From positions 62,682,001 through 62,746,000 of the forward strand of contig NC_043004.1 in the NCBI RefSeq assembly GCF_006345805.1: a stretch of DNA of 64,000 nucleotides, in the 5' to 3' direction. The translations under genes were made by a program, and so were the position numbers. This document shows positions 55,475 to 64,000 of this stretch, piece by piece. Below the pieces are notes generated by a model. The model was given only the letters and a program-made list of their open reading frames with translations, had not been told where the DNA came from and made no database searches. Position 1 is the stretch's first letter, and each line of letters starts with the position of its first letter. The stretch comes from Octopus sinensis (lineage: Eukaryota).

Positions 55475-55924
55475 AAAAAAACAGGAATTCCGTTGACAGG
55501 ACAAAACAAAACAGAGGCACAGCAGTTCGAACGAAGATGCTCCTTAGGAGCCCATGGCTGAACTGTTTATCAATGTACGTTGATATATATATATATATGT
55601 ATGTGAGAAAGTTGGTGTGTGAAAGCACGTGGTTGGATATATAGAAAATAGTAAAGAGTGAAAAAACTACAGAAGGCTTGTTTTATAAGGTTAAAGAATA
55701 TATTTGAGTCATTATGTTAGAAGAATGTTATAAAATTTTTTCATACAGTAACATAGTTTTTGAAGAAATTACCGGTTTCGTGTTAACTTTTCAAATTTCT
55801 CAAATGTCTTTATCTACATCATGTTATGTCTTCGTTATGAAGTGCAAAGAAGAGTTCCAGGTAGGGGGAGGTAATAAGTGATTTCTTCCGGTATAAGAGA
55901 GATAATCGCTTTATATTTATTTTC

Positions 55925-56230
55925 ACTTTATTTAATGGGCTGAGTTTCTCTGTATAAGAATGTTAGAGTGGTATAGTGTTAGTTTGGGCTTATATTTTTC
56001 AATGAAGAATGTTTCCTTGTTTAATCTAATTTGTGTTGGTGTTCCAATAGCACATTGATAGAATGGAAATATTAAAAATTGTGGAAGTAGTTGCTTTGCA
56101 TTTCTCAATATGCTCACTAAAGGATATCATTCTGTATTCTGGGAATGCAATCTGTTGTCGATGCAGGGTGCATCTAGGTCTGAGTGATAGTCCCGTGGAC
56201 CCCACGTTGTTTTGGTGGCAGCCCGAGCAC
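55925..56230 (-). mobile_element. Penelope-like GIY-YIG 3' fragment
   Basis: CSGCHQNNVGSTGLSLRPRCTLHRQQIAFPEY and IFPFYQC..RLNKETFFIEKYKPKL; homologous to the 21178-21558 ORF. Confidence 0.85.
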
Positions 56231-56297
56231 CTTATGACATATACGTATATATATATATATATATATGTATGTATATATACATATACGTATATATATA

Positions 56298-56365
<68 letters not shown>

Positions 56366-56367
56366 CG

Positions 56368-56407
<40 letters not shown>

Positions 56408-58856
56408 TATATATAATATATATGTACATATACATATACGTATATATATATATATTATATATATATATAAATATATACACACGCACGCAAACATATATAC
56501 ATATATATGCAAATATGTAAGAAAGCATATGCTTATATATGCAGGTGTGTGTGTTTGTGTGTGCCTGTGTATGTTATTGAGATTGTTACGTACCAACACT
56601 TGACAACTGTTGACATTAGCTTAATTACAAAAACTGATAGCGTAACACGGGGCTTCAAAATTGTAACCCTGACCTTATGTTCATAAGTCAATACCTCATA
56701 ATCAGTATGTCGCTAGCAGGGGTAATAAGAACATTCTGAAAGTAGTTTCCTCGGTGAGTTTTCATTTGAAATTTGAAATCAAATTCATTTCACATTAACA
56801 AAAGAAATAAATTATAGCAAGCATCTTTGATATTATTTTAAGTTGTCACATATGTTCTACAACCTTTCATCACGTATCTATTTGGAAGATATTTAGTTTT
56901 GAACAGAAACATCAATTCCATAGCATAAATAGTGGGGTCAGCGCAATCAATTATTCGCTATCAGCCTGATCTCTGCATGGCTGAAGTCCAACAACTGAAA
57001 TTAGCAAATAAAATAATGCAAGCAAAGTACCACAGAAATGGATGTAATATATCAGAGACTGGAATCTGAAATACGTAATCGATTCTAAGTTGTAGCCAGT
57101 TAAATTTACTTAAGTTTTAAATGCCCTTAAGAAATGAGAAAACGTTATAACAATGCAACCTCTGTTGGACAACGGCCAGCCATGTTATATAAATGCTAAG
57201 TAGGAAGAAAACGGCACGATTAATGACGCTACTTCTAATGATACAATTGAGTTTGCTATATCATTGATATATTTTCTGGGTATGGACTTCAGGTTAACAC
57301 TTGCGATCGATTTCACTTAAAATATTGAGTTAGCCTATTTAAATTTCTGATCTAAAAATTGCGTTAATACCACAGAAGTGGAACTTTAATTTCAACTTAT
57401 ATCGTGGAGCGCAATAGTGGAATATTATTTACATACTGCACGAATATTATGAAAAGAGTGTAAAATACTTCTCATAATATGATCCTATATATGTATTCAT
57501 GGAACAAAAATGGGATGATCATCATTACGTACCGTCTCAACATGCCTACTAATTATCGCTGACTTAGCGATAAATTCATATAAATATACAAACAAGAACA
57601 GTAACAATGCAAAAGAACAAGGCTTTTATTCTGAGATCATTTCTATCCACCCAAGTAGGTTTTATCCATTTACTAATCCAGGCCAAATCCCTAGTTACTA
57701 GAATTACTTTTCTTTCATGTAGATACTGAAATACATACATGAATGCTAAGAAAAGACACATGCTCCGTGTCAAAGAAAAGGACATAACCTCCAAGATTCT
57801 GAGAAAAATATTATATCTTTATTGAAAGAAGAAATATTCAGGCATTAACCATTACACACGAGAAGGATTTCATATCCAGACAACAGATACTGTGATATGA
57901 TGTCCTTATGCAGAATCCACACATACTACATCACTTCTTAGATTTATTTCGTGCCTCGTGAGAGTAATAAGTCAAAGTATTTCACTAAAAGTAAGTCCTT
58001 ACATTTTAGCATTACCCTTTCCTCAGAGACTCATATTCGCCTCCTTTGCTCAATTGTTTTTTGTCTACATCTTCTACTAGCTATGATTTCTCTCACTCTC
58101 CCTCTCCCTCTCTCTCTCTCTCGTTTACTATATTTTTATCACCTTTCGATCTCTCTCATTTTCCTAGTGTCCTATCCTTCACTGTAGCGCTTCCATCCAC
58201 TTCCCTCCTACCCTCTTTGCTTCTCTCTATACTCGCAATTGCCTCAGTATCCTATTATTCCTCTTTAGTTCAATCTCTGCTACCCACCTCCATAACCAGT
58301 AAGAAGTTCACTGATATTTGTGAAAGATGAGTGTATTTTTTTTGGTCTCTGTGTACAGGTGTGTTCGATTGTATCCATGTGTGTGTGTGTCTGTGTGTGT
58401 ACGCGTGTGTGTATGTGTATGTGTGTGTGAATACGTAATCGGTTCCTATAAAAATCTAGCATGATAAGAAATATACTACCCTATAAAATTACAGAATTTC
58501 AGTCCCATTATAAATCATTCTAAACTAATGCTTGCTTGTATTCCTGTGTGTATGCGTATAGACTATGCACGCTCACATCGACGGTGCTTTAGGCGCGCGC
58601 TCAGATGTTAGGTGAATACTTTTCTTTTGGGAGTAATTAGATGAGCCACCCGACAATAGACGGCCCAACCGATATGAAGTATATGGCAGGTGTTTCATTC
58701 GTTTTGTGGATATTAAAATGGTAGCAGTTGCTTTTGTGTTTTTATGCTTATTTATGAGGAATCTATGATTGTGAGTTTCTCTTTTTCGGGATGTATGATT
58801 TTGTACTACCTTTCACAAATATACCACGCATATATCGACGGAGATTATATACATAC

Positions 58857-60020
58857 ACTAGCATTAAAGACCCGTCGTTGCCGGGTCATAGTGCTAGTGC
58901 ATGTATATATGTGTATATATATGTGTACATATTACATGTACATCTATATATATATACATCTACACATAAAATACAAAATACAAAGTTATATATTGATATC
59001 GCTAGTGATAACAATACTCAAAATATATAACAGACTGGAATTGTTAGCCCGTCTCTTGTAATTTCGATCAATTGTATCTTGTCCTCCCTCTTGTATAGAA
59101 GTGTGGTTACAATCCAGCCTACCTCTACTTCTGGTGGGGGGGGTGAATTTTAAATCTTTTTCCGGGACACCCTGCGTCCCAGATATAAAGGTAAAAATAA
59201 AATATTTCCACTTTGCAAGTTCGAGTCGAGTACTCCCTTGCACGCTCCGTTAACTCGAAACTTGCTTCTATTGTGGCGAATTTACCGCCTCTGATTAGAT
59301 ATCTTTCATAGTCGCACCAAGACACATTTTGAAGGTGCTTTCCTCCATGCGTTCAAATCTTCTTTTTTCTCTACATTGTATACTTTATAGAGAATAGTCT
59401 TTTCTTTAATTTAATTTTTTTATTATCCATCTGGACTATTCCATTTCTGCACGCTAATTTTATTTTTAATTTATGTGAAACCACTTATTCAAGTTCAAGT
59501 CATTGATGCAATTTTATACCAATTGCTATTTTTACTTTTGTTATGTTACGATTATATTATACATTAGTTTGATTTTAATTATTACTTACTACATATAATT
59601 CAATTGTTATTATTATTTTTATTGTTAAAGTGAAAGTATCTGACATAAAATAGAGAAATGTTTTTGTTTCACTTTTAACACGTAATATTGAAATAGTGGA
59701 GAAGATATGATATTGCTATGGGCTGGCTCTAGGCAAGAAGTTGAACATGTTTTTTGCCCATGAAACTACATGGACCCTAAGTAAGGCATGTGTAAAATTT
59801 GAATGAATTTGGTTGTGTAGTTCTCAAGTTTTAGGGAATCGTAATGGAGAAGATATATTGCTGTGGGCTCGCCCTAGGCAAAAAGTTAAAATGTTTGGTC
59901 GATGACACTCCCCGGACCCTAAGTAAGGCATGTGTAAAATTTGAATGAAATTGGTTGTGTAGTTCTCAAGTTTTAGGGAAACACACAGACATACACACAC
60001 ACTTTCTCAGTTTTATATAT
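58857..60020 (+). mobile_element. Possible non-autonomous Helitron/Helentron-like element
   Basis: 5' ACTAGC plus hairpin GACCCG/CGGGTC (58869-58887); 3' AAATTTGAATGAAATTGGTTGTGTAGTT..ACACAGACATAC..ACTTTCTCAG; a subterminal 140-150 bp duplication. Recalled resemblance only. Confidence 0.45.
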
Positions 60021-60076
60021 ATATATTAAGACATACATATACGTGTGAGTGTGTTTATATATATGGTTGTGTGTGT

Positions 60077-60116
<40 letters not shown>

Positions 60117-60739
60117 ACACATGAGATCATTTTTTCCTTGAAATAATTTTCAACGGTAAAGTAATTTTCGTCTTCCAAACATTGAATTTTATCGTTTGCT
60201 TCCCCATCCAAGCTTATTTAAGGAGTCTTTTAATAACGTCACGTGGTATAGCTTCAGTACAATTCTATTATCTTTTACAAGTCGAGGCATTGATTTACAT
60301 AAATAAATGTGGTTTAAAATAAACACTCCATAGAGAAATCGATTTATAATTATATCAGCAAGAACTGACTTATCTCCGGTCTAGTTAGGATGCTAAATAA
60401 ATGAGCCGAAATAATATAAAAGAGAGTTAAATCAGTTTTTGTCACGACACCGGAACAAATTATGCATCACTGTTATTCTAAACTTTCTGCAGTTCATTTA
60501 TTTGTATAACACATACTTGAAAATGAAATAAGAATCATCGGATGAAGAAATTGATATTGAAAGGTGATCTAGTAGCATCGCGTGCTCTCAACGGAAACGA
60601 AAAAAGCCATTGTTGTAGGTAATTAGTACACCCCTCCCACAGGACAAATGGAATAACTAAGTCACTATATGTAAAGAGAAGTACATGAAGTACCAGAATA
60701 CGTAGTAGACGGTTAGAGATATTCGTGACTTTATTGGTT

Positions 60740-61135
60740 TTACCAAGTATGCTGTATACCGAAGTGGACATAATAACAATCCAAAATTTTAAGGATTATA
60801 ACAGTGGCGACGAGGACTGACACAACTCACGAGGAATGAAACTCAGCAACTATTGAACCAACTTACGAATAATTAATAAACTAGACGTGGAATTAAAAAA
60901 TCAAGGGAAGTTAACAAACTCACCAAATTTTGTTTTGTGAATTTTACGAATAGCAAACCATGAGTATAATTTTAAAATTAGGGATAGGTTTAGCAGTACT
61001 AGCTCGAATAAGTTTATATGGAAATTAAGGGCGAGTATGAAAGTGTACAAAGTTAATTGGCAAATACTTAGTCAGGTTAGATCGTATAAATTTGGTATAT
61101 GTCGCCTGTGTAAGAATAAATTAATGAAAGGCGTG
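60740..61135 (+). mobile_element. Penelope-like (Poseidon-type) GIY-YIG C-terminal remnant
   Basis: NHEYNFK..STSSNKFIWKLR and VNWQILSQVRSYKFGICRLC. Confidence 0.6.
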
Positions 61136-61515
61136 TACATGTATTTATCTATGTATATGTATGTATCAATATGTATTTTGTATATGTATGATTGTGTATA
61201 TTTCTATGTACGTACGTATTTATGTATATACCTTTATATGTATGTGTGTATATGTATGTAAATATATAGATATATATATAGATATATAGTATAGATATAT
61301 ATATATATATATATATATATATCTGTGTGTGTGTGTGCATGGATGCACATACATGTGTATATATATAACTAGGTGTATCCATTTATATAGGTGAATTGAT
61401 TGTATTTATTTTTCTGTTTGTATATAACTGTATGTTGTTTATGTGAATGTGCGTATATGAGTACATAAGTAAGTGTATATTAGCATCTGTAACTATGTCT
61501 ATATATCTATATTAG

Positions 61516-61568
<53 letters not shown>

Positions 61569-61584
61569 AGTATGTATCACGGGA

Positions 61585-61824
61585 TCACGTGCCGACCAGA
61601 TCATCAAATGTTGCTACACATCGCTGTCCACAATGCGTTCGCATTGTTTTACTCTTCGAATGACGCCACCCCGCTGGCTAAGCGAGTAGGTCAACAGAAG
61701 AAAGAGTGAGAGAATGAGTGGTGAAGGAGTACAGCAGGGATCACCACCCTGCCGGAGCATCGTGGAACTTTTAGGTGTTTTCGCTCAATAAACACACACA
61801 ACGCCCGGTCTGGGAATCGAAACC
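61585..61824 (-). mobile_element. SINE family B-related copy with an alternative 3' tail
   Basis: 61700-61824 matches 2730-2858 (includes box B GGTTTCGATTCC); 61585-61700 is unrelated to 2522-2730. Confidence 0.7.
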
Positions 61825-61830
61825 ACCGGG

Positions 61831-61885
<55 letters not shown>

Positions 61886-61981
61886 GGGAGATCTCAGTAG
61901 TAAAAACACAGCAATTGGAAGGCAGACACAAACAGGTAAGAGAGAATGAATTGACGGCAATCTACATACAATTTTAAGTTG

Positions 61982-62081
61982 TCTACGGACGCACGTTTCG
62001 AAATCAAGTGTTTAGGAAAGCATAAGAATTAAATATTAAATAATTCTACCTTACCCAAACTTCTTTTCTCTTCAGCGTAGA
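61982..62081 (-). ncRNA. Type I hammerhead ribozyme motif (inverted copy)
   Basis: Reverse complement of 62499-62598 with all core nucleotides intact. Confidence 0.8.
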
Positions 62082-62498
62082 ATACTATAATCATAAATGA
62101 TTATATATTGAATTTTGAGATACTAGAAGGCACCAACTGCTATTTCTAATTCGGTCTGTGGTAAGGCAATTCGTTGCTAAACCCTTATTGCTTAGTATTA
62201 CTTAAATTTTCCTCGAATGAGGCTTTTACATGCCGAAGACTACTGGTGTAATTGATAATTATCCAAATTAATTAATTTCACCCTTCATTATTACGTGGTA
62301 ACCATATTTTATCTCAGTAGATGACCTCAGCATCGTTTTGGCTACACGCGGGTGGGAAGGGGCTGGTGACACAATCTTTTATTCACACTTTGAACTTGGT
62401 GATACTAGTTGCGGATTCTAGCTCGCTCTGATACTGAGTTGAGTTGGTGCCTTCTAGTATCTCAAAATTCAATATATAATCATTTATGATTATAGTAT

Positions 62499-62598
62499 TC
62501 TACGCTGAAGAGAAAAGAAGTTTGGGTAAGGTAGAATTATTTAATATTTAATTCTTATGCTTTCCTAAAAACTTGATTTCGAAACGTGCGTCCGTAGA
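62499..62598 (+). ncRNA. Type I hammerhead ribozyme motif
   Basis: Stem I UCUACG/CGUAGA, CUGAAGA 62505-62511, long stem II closed by GAAA/UUUC, GAAAC-GUGC-GUC; predicted cut after 62592. Confidence 0.82.
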
Positions 62599-62789
62599 TA
62601 ACTTAAAATTGTATGATAGATTGCCGTCAATTCATTCTCTCTTACCTGTTTGTGTCTGCCTTCCAATTGCTGTGTTTTACTGAGATCTCCCTTTTTAGTA
62701 GAAGAAATAGCTATAACTCTTTGACTGCTATTTCTAAATTCGGTCTGTGGTAGGCAATTCTTTGCTAAACACTTTATTGCTTAGTATTA

Positions 62790-62828
<39 letters not shown>

Positions 62829-63308
62829 GTGTTTGTGTATGTATGTGGATATCTATTAACATGCATGTTTGTGTATATTTTTTCTGTAAGTAGTAAATTA
62901 AAAAATATATGAGTTTTCATTTATAGAGATACTTTCCTCATTTAAATCAAGTAATTTAGCATCTTGTACTCAGCATTATATATACATATATATTCCGTTA
63001 AGAAGGTATTAGAGTAGAAAATAGTGCTCGTTCACTGTTAGAATTACCAGATAGCCGGCAGTATTATGGTATACTACCAATTCTAGGTTTAAGTATTCCG
63101 TGTGTGTGAAAAATAATGGTCATTAAACAGCTGTCGAAACGTACTCCATTTTCTTCCTTTTCACTCTATTCTTTAGATATAGATAAATAAATATATATAT
63201 ATGTTTGCATATATGCGCACATGTATGTATATAGATATATTTATATATACATACATGTATGTATATATATACATGTATATATATATATACATACAGTATG
63301 TATATATA

Positions 63309-63359
<51 letters not shown>

Positions 63360-63842
63360 TTGCATTTATGTGACTATTTACCGTGTACACATATTTGTTA
63401 CATAATGGGTAAATAAGGTAAAGAATATATCGGAAAATCTTCGTAACTATAAAATGAGATAGCATTTCTTAATCCAATTATATAGAGTACAAATTATCCA
63501 CTCACTATTATACTGAACGATTTAAATTTCTTCATTCTAACTGAATTCATTACTGGAGGAAAATATATTTTTGACTAAATATTGGGCAGTTTGTAAATTG
63601 TTTGTATTTTGATTAAAGATTTGTGATTTTAAAGAGTAAATTAATGACGATATCTGAAAAATTTTTGGTGTATTAATTTATAATATTTTGTATGAAGTAC
63701 CAATAAATTTATTTATATTGACTCTAACATAGATCATTATATTCGTAGTTAAATGTAAATAATAAGTTTTCAAGTAGGTTATCTTCATCATAGTAAATGA
63801 TTTTAGAGTTAAGAATATATAAATTGAATTATTAATTAATTA

Positions 63843-63867
63843 ATTATACAACAACAACAACAACAAC

Positions 63868-63898
<31 letters not shown>

Positions 63899-63920
63899 TT
63901 AATAATAATAATAATACTTA
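63843..63920. repeat. (AAC)n/(AAT)n tract
   Basis: Read directly. Confidence 0.9.
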
Positions 63921-64000
63921 ATAAATAAATAAATCATTTTATGTAATGTCATATTGTGATCAAAAACTTTTATGCTACTACTACGTATTTCCGGCTATTT

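Larger units (their letters stand above)
61885..62793. mobile_element. Hammerhead-containing repeat: inverted partial unit plus about 1.1 tandem units of 588 bp, between (TA)n tracts
   Basis: Inverted arms 61885-62138 and 62442-62692; direct repeat at 62136 and 62724. Confidence 0.85.

Overview
AT-rich, microsatellite-saturated eukaryotic DNA with no recognisable host gene. The SINE/LINE content and composition suggest an octopod cephalopod (inference, not a database match). Most track ORFs are translations of (TA)n/(CA)n/(TACA)n/trinucleotide tracts or decayed transposon fragments: R4/Dong LINEs, several Penelope-like elements (PLEs), a CR1 LINE, mariner/Tc1 remnants, tRNA-derived SINEs and a possible Helitron. 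The notable content is non-coding. By manual folding I find 11 type I hammerhead ribozyme (HHR) motifs at 7 loci (about 10.5, 24.4, 31-32, 40-41, 47.7-48.3, 55.4 and 62.0-62.6 kb). They sit in mutually dissimilar ORF-less repeat units of about 360-590 bp. Four loci are clean inserts between (TA)n tracts, most are tandem and/or inverted, and every inverted pair has the same 3'-ends-outward polarity. Stem III is minimal or palindromic (dimer-type). Two families carry the compensatory U3-A8 core, three share a 17-nt downstream motif, and one HHR lies behind a tRNA-type Pol III head. This looks like a set of non-LTR retrozymes or PLE pseudo-LTRs mobilised by Penelope RT/GIY-YIG. Ribozyme activity and circRNA formation are predictions only.
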